Below, piece after piece: positions 9,601 to 17,819 of a stretch of DNA of 64,000 nt. Origin of the DNA: Candidatus Nomurabacteria bacterium (GTDB lineage: Bacteria; Patescibacteriota; Minisyncoccia; Phycocordibacterales; UBA918); assembly GCA_020632075.1 (NCBI GenBank), contig JACKGH010000002.1, forward strand, positions 11,454 to 75,453, written 5' to 3'. Made by a program: the position numbers and the translations under genes. The stretch's first letter is position 1. Each line of letters begins with the position of its first letter. The notes beneath the pieces are model-generated. The model was not told the origin of the DNA. It searched no databases and worked only from the letters and a program-made list of their open reading frames with translations.

Positions 9601-11439
9601 CTATATAGTACCACTGTTCCTGGAAGAAAGTTTCATGGAGAAAAAGCCGGCGGCCGAAGACCCGCTTTCTCTTCCATCCTGCATAAATCCTCCTGCCTGA
9701 TGATTCCAGAGGCGTTCGTAGACACCACCGGCATGAGACAAAGAATCATGATCACCATCTTCAATGATACGACCATTTTCCATTACGATGATCCGATCCA
9801 TTTTGCGCAAAGTCGAGAGTCGGTGCGCGATCGCGATCACCGTACGACCTTCCATCAGGTTCTCAAGCGCCTTCTGGATAGCTACCTCACTTTCACTATC
9901 AAGCGCCGAAGTCGCTTCGTCAAGCACCAAGATCGGTGCGTCCTTCAGCATCGCGCGTGCGATCGCAATGCGTTGCTTCTGTCCACCCGAGAGTTTTACT
10001 CCTCGCTCACCCACGAGCGTTTCGTAGCCGTCTGTTAACTCAGAGATAAAGTCATGCGCCTGCGCTTTCTTGGCCACTTCGATGACTTCCTCAGTAGTCG
10101 CGTTTGGATTCCCATACAAGATATTGTCTCTGATACTCCGATGGAACAGCGCTGGCTCTTGCGGCACCACCGCGATCGCTTGTCGGAGTGAATCTTGCGT
10201 CACCTGTGCAATATCCTGCTCATTGAGCTTGATCGCACCGGCCTGGACATCATGCTGCCGGAGTAACAACGACACAAAGGTCGTCTTCCCTGCACCCGAG
10301 CGTCCCACCAAGCCAAGCCGCTGCCCGGAAGGAATGTCGAGTTCAAAGTCTGTGAATACCTGATTACCATCAAACGCAAAGCCGACCTGCTGCCAAGAGA
10401 TACCTGACTGTTCAGTCTGTAGCTCCACTGCGCCAGGGACATCGACGATCTCATACGGCACAATGATCTCCTCCAAGCCTTCCTGCATTTCACCGATCGT
10501 GCGAGCAGTCGCATTAAAGGCACGGCCAATAAAGGTCAGCGTACCGGTGATCTGTGAATAGAGCGCAAGGATCAAGACCAGCTCACCGGTCGTTACCTCG
10601 CCAGCCTGCCAGCCACTCACGAGCGACCAAAACATTGCCAATGAGAAGAGAAAGAGAATGACTCCGTTGATAAAGAGCATCTTTTCAGTGTATCCCCAGC
10701 TCCGATTGCTCGTATCCTTGAGGGCGGTGGTGTACGTGCCAAGTACCGACTCTTCATTGCGGCCGCGCGCATACTGACGCACTGCCTGCACGTTGGAGAT
10801 CGTGTCGACCAGTCGCGCACGGTGCTGCGTCGAGGCATCCGCCATTGCGCGTGAGCGGCGTGCTTTCTCGTCTGCCATCTTGCGATTGATCACAATGATA
10901 ACCACGATCAACACAAAGAAAATAAAGAATGATTTCACATCAACTGCCAAGATGAATCCGAGTGTCACTATGAGTGACACTATTGAATTTAGATGAGTCC
11001 AAAGAATCTCCGGAATAAGCTGATCGACTGCTCCTTGAACGTTGTTCACCTTACTCATCAGCGAACCAGAGAAACGGTTAATGAAAAATGAGTGGCTGTG
11101 TTTGAGCAAATACTTCGTGAGCTCATCATAGCCATACTTCTTCACCCCCGTTACCCAGCGCCGTGCCACAAAGGCACTTCCTCGAAACAGCAGCTGCCCC
11201 ACAAAACTCAACGCTGGATACGCCAGTGCAAACCACATCGCCGCTTGATAATTGTTTGATTCAACCGCGTCAACAATCAACTTAAATATGTACGCCGAAC
11301 CCTGCTCAAGCGCAGATCCAAGGATCACCAATAAAAACGCCCCCGCAGCCCACCACTTAAATGGCTTGGTGACATACCAAAAGTACCGAAACGGTGTGTT
11401 CGGAAGAGTTTCTACTAGGTTGTCTTTTGGTTTTTGCAT
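9601..11439 (-). CDS. ABC transporter permease/ATP-binding fusion (type I exporter, MsbA-like)
   Basis: 6-helix transmembrane domain, Walker A GRSGAGKTT, signature LSGGQKQRIAIARAM, and Walker B ILVLDEATSALD. Its stop is 25 nt upstream of the glmS start. Confidence 0.9.
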   Translation of the reverse strand: MQKPKDNLVETLPNTPFRYFWYVTKPFKWWAAGAFLLVILGSALEQGSAYIFKLIVDAVESNNYQAAMWFALAYPALSFVGQLLFRGSAFVARRWVTGVKKYGYDELTKYLLKHSHSFFINRFSGSLMSKVNNVQGAVDQLIPEILWTHLNSIVSLIVTLGFILAVDVKSFFIFFVLIVVIIVINRKMADEKARRSRAMADASTQHRARLVDTISNVQAVRQYARGRNEESVLGTYTTALKDTSNRSWGYTEKMLFINGVILFLFSLAMFWSLVSGWQAGEVTTGELVLILALYSQITGTLTFIGRAFNATARTIGEMQEGLEEIIVPYEIVDVPGAVELQTEQSGISWQQVGFAFDGNQVFTDFELDIPSGQRLGLVGRSGAGKTTFVSLLLRQHDVQAGAIKLNEQDIAQVTQDSLRQAIAVVPQEPALFHRSIRDNILYGNPNATTEEVIEVAKKAQAHDFISELTDGYETLVGERGVKLSGGQKQRIAIARAMLKDAPILVLDEATSALDSESEVAIQKALENLMEGRTVIAIAHRLSTLRKMDRIIVMENGRIIEDGDHDSLSHAGGVYERLWNHQAGGFMQDGRESGSSAAGFFSMKLSSRNSGTI

Positions 11440-11532
11440 ATGGTAAAAGAGACGGATAAATAAGCGTTTTCTTACAAAAGTACGTTAAAATGATAGTATT
11501 AGGTCATATTACAGCCTTAGATATTCAACACC

Positions 11533-12432
11533 ATGAAAGAGTTCAGCGGAATCCCAACCCAAAATGGAATGCCTTCCATTTCAAATATATTTAAAGATCA
11601 ACACGAGCAAATGATCATGACGCCTGCTTACGAACAAGCAATAGCTGTACTGGAACAAAAAATTAACATTGAAGATTTCGCTGACACCTATTCAGAGGAA
11701 CTTATGGGTAAATGTCGTGATTATGTAGATAAGCGCGAGTCACAGTTTGCACACAAGCGAGCTACAAACGAAAGCTGGGCCAGAGCTGAGGTGTTTGGTA
11801 AAACACTAGAAGCCATCCTACATGACCAGATCAATCAAGGGATCTTTGGAGAAGATGTGCGCGGGGTGTCAACATCAACATTTGATGATTACTATGCAGG
11901 TATTGATGAAGTTATTGAGCGCTATGGCCCAGATGGATCTACGTACATCGGTTGTGCTTTAGACTTCACTTTTGGTAATCCAAATAACAAAATTGATAGT
12001 GTCTGTGCAGACATACAAGCTGGTAAACTAAGAGATGTAACGTTTTACGAGTCACCATTTGGAAATCCGCCACTTATTCACGGGAAACTGCAAGGAATAC
12101 CCAAAGTAATTGTTGGGGTTGATGCGCCACACCTGTTACAACTTGCTCAGCAGTGGACTGAAGGCGACTCTCAAGTTCTCGAGCATAACCAACTCTTTCT
12201 TTCTATTCTCAGACAAATCCAAATGCAATCTGAGGTATATAGTATTATCGCAAACCGTTACCACCAAAAAGAAGTTGCTGAGCGATACGAAAAAGTTCAC
12301 TCTGCCATTACAAAATTGTACACTGAGTTAAAGGAGCAGCGTGCAGTAGTAGCACTTGACCCACAGATCACAGGTGATGGTGTTCATCGTGCCATTACGG
12401 AGCGCATGCATCAACTCATTAGTGCAAAATGA
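11533..12432 (+). CDS. Hypothetical protein in a low-GC islet
   Basis: 299 aa with no recognisable motif. The coding region is visibly AT-richer (~40-42% GC) than its neighbours. A hairpin follows at 12431-12470. Confidence 0.5.
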   Translation: MKEFSGIPTQNGMPSISNIFKDQHEQMIMTPAYEQAIAVLEQKINIEDFADTYSEELMGKCRDYVDKRESQFAHKRATNESWARAEVFGKTLEAILHDQINQGIFGEDVRGVSTSTFDDYYAGIDEVIERYGPDGSTYIGCALDFTFGNPNNKIDSVCADIQAGKLRDVTFYESPFGNPPLIHGKLQGIPKVIVGVDAPHLLQLAQQWTEGDSQVLEHNQLFLSILRQIQMQSEVYSIIANRYHQKEVAERYEKVHSAITKLYTELKEQRAVVALDPQITGDGVHRAITERMHQLISAK

Positions 12433-12484
12433 AAAATGCCTCTGCCGAGAAAACCGACAGAGGCATTTGGTCGAAAGAAACAGA

Positions 12485-12763
12485 TCAGTTATTATGCAAG
12501 TTTTTTGTCGCACGAGAACTCGCACGGCAATCTTCGAGACAAAACTCATAGAGTTTCATAACTGCCAAGGCGGCTTCTGATGAATCGTTTTGCCCGACAT
12601 CTGCCAGACGCACTTTATCACCAGCGATAATTGCAGCTGCGTACTCTTCCACGTTCTGCTTGGCCTCGTCTGCCAACCGGATCAAATTTTCGTATAGAGT
12701 TTCTGAAACAGCCAACCATTGTTGCCCAACATGCAATATGCGAGCCGGGGTTTTCTTCGGCAC
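12485..12763 (-). CDS. Small hypothetical protein
   Basis: 92 aa with a GTG start, in the same low-GC stretch. No RBS and no motif. Confidence 0.3.
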   Translation of the reverse strand: MPKKTPARILHVGQQWLAVSETLYENLIRLADEAKQNVEEYAAAIIAGDKVRLADVGQNDSSEAALAVMKLYEFCLEDCRASSRATKNLHNN

Positions 12764-12905
12764 AGTTATTACCTCGCGGAATTGAACAAATTCACAAGAA
12801 AATACTACATTAAGCTAGTTCTGTCAAGAATTATTACCTGCTGCTAAAATTGCAGAACTTACCATTTTCGCTATACTGTCTAAGCTCGATTGAGTCTTAC
12901 AGGTT

Positions 12906-12978
12906 GTCCGGTTAGCTCAGCTGGTAGAGCGCTACATTGACATTGTAGAGGTCACAAGTTCAAGTCTTGTACCGGACA
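12906..12978 (+). tRNA. tRNA-Val(GAC)
   Basis: GTCCGGT/ACCGGAC acceptor stem. Anticodon loop TTGACAT gives anticodon GAC. T-arm ACAAGTTCAAGTCTTGT. Promoter TTGCAG-17-TATACT upstream and terminator AAAACCCGGCtctgCCGGGTTTT at 12984-13012. Confidence 0.85.
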
Positions 12979-13156
12979 CAACGGTAAAACCCGGCTCTGC
13001 CGGGTTTTAGTATACAAACTGTTTTGCATACGTGCCGTTGTGTCAGGCGGAAGCATGTATTTTGCTTACTTCCTGAAGCAAAATACAGCTGAGCCGGGGC
13101 AGCAGGTACTTATAAACGAAGTGAATTAGTAACCTGCGCCACAAAATAAACAAGAG

Positions 13157-13185
13157 CGGCGGCCCTTCGGGCCGCCGCCTTTGTT
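13157..13185 (-). terminator. Terminator downstream of the MYG1-family gene (bidirectional hairpin)
   Basis: GCGGCGGCCCttcgGGCCGCCGCctttgttt. Confidence 0.6.
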
Positions 13186-13194
13186 TAACCTTCC

Positions 13195-14079
13195 CTACAC
13201 TTCTCTACCGAGCGCAATCTTTGCCGCCTTGATCGCAGATTCTTTTGAAGCTGCAACAAAGAGAAATACGTTCTTGTGACAAAAAACCGCATCTTCAATA
13301 CCAGTTACTTCAGCGAGTGCACCATCACGCAAACCACCCCACTCTTTCGGAAAATCAACTCGTGACTCAAACACAACTTCACCAGTCGGAATCGTCGATG
13401 CTTTCCATTTCTTCTTGGTTGTGTCTGATGGATATACAACCATTCGCACGTCCGGATACTGAATAAACATATGTCGATCGATCGGATCCTCAAAGACCAG
13501 CAGCTCTTTATCTTCAGCGGCCTGATATCCAGACTCAGCTACCTGCCGCACCGCCTCTGAAGCCTGTGCGTGCGCAATGATCCTCATGAGCAGTTGCTTC
13601 GCAAATTCTACTGCCTCGGCAAAAGCGGCATCATTTTCGTGTTCACTCCCCCACACCGGACGAAAGGCGCTGAGTACACTAAAAAGTTCGTACGGCGCTA
13701 CTCCGCGGTCATTGAGTTCATAGAGCGCAATGCCATTGTCTCCTGCATCAACCGGCTGGACGATCTGCGCATCGATCTGGTCCGAGATCTCTTTTGAACC
13801 ACAGATCTGCTCTCCATACTCACGCCAGACCAAGCCAAATGCTGCGTACGGAATACCGTTCTCACGAGCTGGAATACCGTTTTGATGGTGATCAAAGCGC
13901 TGTGTCGCTGGATCAAACCGATCTCCAACATCAACTACCCAATCTGCTTTATCAATCTCATCACGCTCTCTAGTGCGAATGATCTTAATTGGCTCTTCGG
14001 CTAAAAGTATCTTGATGGTGGCTACTGCCAATACGTCATCGGGATGGAAACTACCATCGTGCGTTACAACTGTCTGCAT
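13195..14079 (-). CDS. MYG1/UPF0160 family metal-dependent hydrolase
   Basis: N-terminal THDGSFHPDDVLA and a later HH motif, matching the MYG1 signature. Confidence 0.8.
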   Translation of the reverse strand: MQTVVTHDGSFHPDDVLAVATIKILLAEEPIKIIRTRERDEIDKADWVVDVGDRFDPATQRFDHHQNGIPARENGIPYAAFGLVWREYGEQICGSKEISDQIDAQIVQPVDAGDNGIALYELNDRGVAPYELFSVLSAFRPVWGSEHENDAAFAEAVEFAKQLLMRIIAHAQASEAVRQVAESGYQAAEDKELLVFEDPIDRHMFIQYPDVRMVVYPSDTTKKKWKASTIPTGEVVFESRVDFPKEWGGLRDGALAEVTGIEDAVFCHKNVFLFVAASKESAIKAAKIALGREV

Positions 14080-14110
14080 GTCGGATACTATACACCCGAT
14101 AGACTAATTT

Positions 14111-15310
14111 GTGTCTTTTTCGTATAGTGCTTTTATGTTGATATTGTCGATCGAAACATCATGTGACGAAACCGCAGTCAGCCTCGTCGAGGCCCGCGGT
14201 GATTTTCCGCACGCAACCTACGAAGTGCTTGGTGATGCACTCTGGAGCCAGATCGATGTTCATCGTGAGTACGGCGGCGTGTTCCCCGCTCTCGCGAAGC
14301 GGGAACACGCCGCCACGATCGTACCCATGCTCGAAAAAGCGATCAAGGAATCCGGGCTGGCAGCTCATGAGTACACACCTGGACTTGATCAAGAGACCGA
14401 GGCAAAAGTGCGCGAACTGTTAAATCGTGAGCACGGTCTCGCCGATCAATTACTCACCTTCCACCGAGAACATGGTTCGTTTCCGATTCATCTGATCGCT
14501 GTCACGAGTGGACCGGGGCTCGAGCCAGCCTTATGGGTGGGTGTGAATTTTGCCAAAGCGCTCGCACTTTTGTGGGACACACCGATCATCCCAACCAACC
14601 ACATGGAAGGTCATGTGCTGGCCAGCATTTATGATGCCGATCGAGACAATCAACTTTCAGATATTTCTTTCCCCGCCATTTCGCTCCTGATCTCTGGTGG
14701 ACACACTGAGCTCATCCTTATGAAGAACTGGGGTCAGTATGAAAAGATCGGACAGACTCGAGACGATGCGGTCGGTGAGGCGTTTGATAAAGTCGCACGC
14801 TTAGTGGGAATCCCATACCCCGGCGGGCCAGAGATCTCACGGCTGGCAGCAGAGGCCCGAAAACGAAAACTCCCTGCCTTTACAGAACTCCCGACACCAA
14901 TGCTCCACTCCGGCGATCTCGACTTTTCGTTTTCGGGCCTCAAGACCGCGGTACGTTATGCAGTACAAGACCGCACCATGACTCAAGATGAAATCGCTGC
15001 ACTCGCTCGGGATTTTGAAGATGCGGTTGCTACAGTACTCGTGAAAAAGACCTGTGATGCACTGGAGGAGTATGGCGCACAAACTCTGATCGTCGGTGGT
15101 GGTGTAAGCGCCAATCAATACATCAAACGAACGATGGAAGCCAAACTACTCACTGACCTACCAGATGTCACCTGTTACTTCCCGCCGCCAGGACTCTCAA
15201 CCGACAACAGCATCATGATCGCCCTTGCGGGCCATGCCAAAGCATCAGGAGCAATCGCACCAAACGCGACAGATGTGATCAGAGCTGATGGAAATAAGAG
15301 TTTAGCATAA
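14111..15310 (+). CDS. tsaD: tRNA N6-adenosine threonylcarbamoyltransferase TsaD (Kae1/YgjD family)
   Basis: ILSIETSCDETAVSLV start, HMEGH and GG.SAN motifs. The terminator GGCGGCCGGAGC...GCTCCGGCCGCC lies at 15319-15357. Confidence 0.9.
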   Translation: MSFSYSAFMLILSIETSCDETAVSLVEARGDFPHATYEVLGDALWSQIDVHREYGGVFPALAKREHAATIVPMLEKAIKESGLAAHEYTPGLDQETEAKVRELLNREHGLADQLLTFHREHGSFPIHLIAVTSGPGLEPALWVGVNFAKALALLWDTPIIPTNHMEGHVLASIYDADRDNQLSDISFPAISLLISGGHTELILMKNWGQYEKIGQTRDDAVGEAFDKVARLVGIPYPGGPEISRLAAEARKRKLPAFTELPTPMLHSGDLDFSFSGLKTAVRYAVQDRTMTQDEIAALARDFEDAVATVLVKKTCDALEEYGAQTLIVGGGVSANQYIKRTMEAKLLTDLPDVTCYFPPPGLSTDNSIMIALAGHAKASGAIAPNATDVIRADGNKSLA

Positions 15311-15361
15311 ATACAAAAGGCGGCCGGAGCTTTCTTTGCTCCGGCCGCCTTTGTATGAAAA

Positions 15362-15913
15362 CTAAATCTTTACCATACCTTCCCGCAATACCTCCACCCC
15401 ACCCCCCACACACCGCACTACCGTAGAAGCCTGCCCTTCTCGAACTCCACCATCGATCACTTTCGTGATCATGTGTGCCCGCTCGCCAAACTGCGCAAGT
15501 ATCTCAGCGGGCGATGCTGCCGTCGGCTCACCATGGACATTCGCACTTGTGCAGGTAAGCGGCACACCATCACTTTCTTTCATGTACTCAGCGATCAATT
15601 GCTGTGCGAGCGAATCAGATGAGATGCGGAAACTCACTGTGTCATCGGCGGCGCGGCAGTACACTGGCACCACGTCACTCGCCGCAAGCACCAACGTCAG
15701 TGGCCCCGGCAAATACCGCTCTACCAGCTGCCGCGCCGCCTCCGTCACCACCCCCAGCCGCTCAATATCACCAAGATCACGCACCAACCAACTCGCGGTT
15801 TGTGCGGTTTCTCTCGCCTTAAGTACACACAAATGCTCCCACGCAGCTTGATCAAATGCGTTGACTCCAAGCCCGTAAATAGTCTCAGTTGGGTATAGAA
15901 TTATCTCTGTCAT
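15362..15913 (-). CDS. tsaC: L-threonylcarbamoyladenylate synthase (YrdC/Sua5 domain, TsaC)
   Basis: YPTETIYGLGVNAFDQAA and the ...TSAN motif. Start refined to the internal ATG (MTEIILYPTE) because the ORF-track TTG extension runs into a 16-bp palindrome. Confidence 0.8.
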   Translation of the reverse strand: MTEIILYPTETIYGLGVNAFDQAAWEHLCVLKARETAQTASWLVRDLGDIERLGVVTEAARQLVERYLPGPLTLVLAASDVVPVYCRAADDTVSFRISSDSLAQQLIAEYMKESDGVPLTCTSANVHGEPTAASPAEILAQFGERAHMITKVIDGGVREGQASTVVRCVGGGVEVLREGMVKI

Positions 15914-16216
15914 GTGTTCGCAGTATACAACCAATACACGCAAGGGGTAACCCTTGCGTGTATTGGTAAAAAAGTATATAAAAGCACCAGCTCGCGGCCA
16001 TGGCCGCCCCCTCGTTCAAACTACCCACAGTGGATCAGCGAACCTTCACCCGATCATTCGATCCGGGTGTTTTCCCCAGGTACGCTGATCCACTGTGTGC
16101 GGTTTGGTTCGGTTCTCTGACCACTGATTGTTAGTTCTACTTGCTACGTATCATACCTCATTTTTCCACAACCCTCGGTTGACAAAATTTTTTTGTGTAT
16201 CTGACTATGCTGTTTT

Positions 16217-16245
16217 TTTGACAGTTGCCAAGACAGGTATATCAT
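16217..16245 (+). promoter_or_regulatory. Sigma-70-like promoter
   Basis: TTGACA-16-TATCAT, with a second TTGACA at 16178. Confidence 0.45.
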
Positions 16246-16360
16246 TGTAAGTAACAAGTGATACTTGGAGGGGAAACCAAGTCGACTCGCTTCATGTGTG
16301 TGGCTTATGTGTGTTTCCATTCAAACTGCATATGTTTTCTCAGCCAATACCAGCTGTCTT

Positions 16361-16390
16361 CCTGCGTGCCAACGCGGGTTTTTGTTTTCT
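16361..16390 (+). terminator. Intrinsic terminator inside the long leader upstream of the surface-protein operon
   Basis: CCTGCGTgccaACGCGGGtttttgtttt: a 7-bp stem with a G-U pair, then a T-run. Confidence 0.5.
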
Positions 16391-16579
16391 CATTTTTTCT
16401 TCTCGTTTTAAAAACATGACCTGTACCGTTCACGGATCAGAACAGACCTCTATCCGTTCCCGTCTGTGAACAGTACCGAACGAGTTTGTACCGTTCACAG
16501 ATCGACCTGTTTCTTCGTGGGATGTAGAGAAGAAAATTGGCCGAGCATCATTAAAAGGAGGTAATACGCAAATATAAAT

Positions 16580-17365
16580 ATGACTAGAACAACTACTCGA
16601 GTGTTGTCTGTCGCCCTTGCTGCAGTAATGGCTTTGGCAACATTCTCACTTTATACGTTCCAGGCTGCTGCTTACGACAATCACCGTGGTGGTGACGACG
16701 GAGACAGCACCTCAGTATCAACCAACAACAACGCTACTGTTGTAAACAATGTAGACATTAGCGCAAAGACTGGTGGTAATGAAGCAGAAGGTGGAGACGG
16801 TGGTCGCGGTGGTGATGGTGGCGACGCAAGTCGTGGCACCGCAGGTGCTGGTGGCAATGGTGGTCGCGGTGGTGATGGTGGCACCATCACTACTGGCGTA
16901 GCTACTGCTCTCGGCTCGATCTACAACGATGTGAACTACACCAGCGTTACTGTTGAAGGTTGTGGCTGCGACGAGGAAGAGCCACTTCTCTCACGTTTCA
17001 TGTTCTTCGGCAATGACGAAGACGGAAACAAGATCCGCGTTTCAACTCACAACAACGCGATGGTAACCAACAGCCTCGACGTTGACGCCAAGACTGGCTA
17101 CAACGAGGTTGATGGTGGCGATGGAGGTAGCGGTGATGACGGAGGAAACGCTGGCGACCGACATGACCGTAGCAAGTACTCATGGAATCTCTGGTTCAAC
17201 TGGTTCAACAGTAGTACTGGGGGCGACGGCGGTAATGGTGGCGCTGGCGGACATGGCGGCACTATCCGCACCGGCGAGGCATACGCAGCTGGTGATGCAA
17301 CTAACCTTGTAAACACCACTGTAGTACGTGTACTTAATGGCGCTGAGGAGGCACCAGAGGTATAG
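16580..17365 (+). CDS. Secreted Gly/Asp-rich repeat protein
   Basis: Signal peptide MTRTTTRVLSVALAAVMALATFSLYTFQAAA. Two tandem modules NNNA.V.N..D..AKTG.NE..GGDGG followed by GGxGGDGG tracts. The module is shared with the repeats of the 970-aa protein downstream. Confidence 0.7.
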   Translation: MTRTTTRVLSVALAAVMALATFSLYTFQAAAYDNHRGGDDGDSTSVSTNNNATVVNNVDISAKTGGNEAEGGDGGRGGDGGDASRGTAGAGGNGGRGGDGGTITTGVATALGSIYNDVNYTSVTVEGCGCDEEEPLLSRFMFFGNDEDGNKIRVSTHNNAMVTNSLDVDAKTGYNEVDGGDGGSGDDGGNAGDRHDRSKYSWNLWFNWFNSSTGGDGGNGGAGGHGGTIRTGEAYAAGDATNLVNTTVVRVLNGAEEAPEV

Positions 17366-17462
17366 CCGACCTCTGACCGTGGCAGGAGAGGACTTTGTCC
17401 TCCCCTCCACTCAGACCTGGTCCACCGCTTCAGGACAAGGTCTGAGCGAGGGAATCAATCAT

Positions 17463-17819
17463 ATGCTCAACACAAGATCACAGACACACTTCAGACAGTC
17501 ACTGCTTCTCGCAGCGATCTTGTTGTTTCCAATGACACTACAGGCAGAGACGGTCATCTCAAACTCTATCTCTGTTAGTGCCGACAACGGTACAAGCCAG
17601 GCCACAGTACAGACAGTGGTCAATGGTGAGACAATCGTAGACTGGACGGAAACAAGTAGTTCATCGATCTCGTATAGCGAGACGACGGTAGATCCTTCGA
17701 ACTCAATTACCAACACCACCGAAACAGCTGACGCGTCGGTCGAGCGCGCTCAGCTTGAGATGCTTCTCAAGCAATTACAAAAGCTAATTTCTCTATATGT
17801 CACGCTCACTACCCTTTAA
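17463..17819 (+). CDS. Small secreted Ser/Thr-rich protein
   Basis: Start refined to the ATG preceded by GAGGGA (MLNTRSQTHFRQSLLLAAILLFPMTLQAETV, a signal peptide). The longer ORF-track start lies inside the attenuator hairpins. Confidence 0.5.
   Translation: MLNTRSQTHFRQSLLLAAILLFPMTLQAETVISNSISVSADNGTSQATVQTVVNGETIVDWTETSSSSISYSETTVDPSNSITNTTETADASVERAQLEMLLKQLQKLISLYVTLTTL

Noticed and set aside
13040-13110. Possible SRP (4.5S) RNA, because of GTCAGGCGGAAGCA and GAGCCGGGG strings
   Set aside because: The apical element is a perfect 11-bp hairpin with an 8-nt loop, not the GNRA-capped helix 8 with conserved asymmetric loops. The GGAAGGAAGCAGC string is incomplete. Kept only as an unassigned structured region.
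16681-17410. Pro-rich antisense ORFs (16681-16890, 17098-17319, 17180-17410, 16998-17183)
   Set aside because: They are mirror artefacts of GGN/GAY-rich codons of the Gly/Asp-rich gene on the plus strand.
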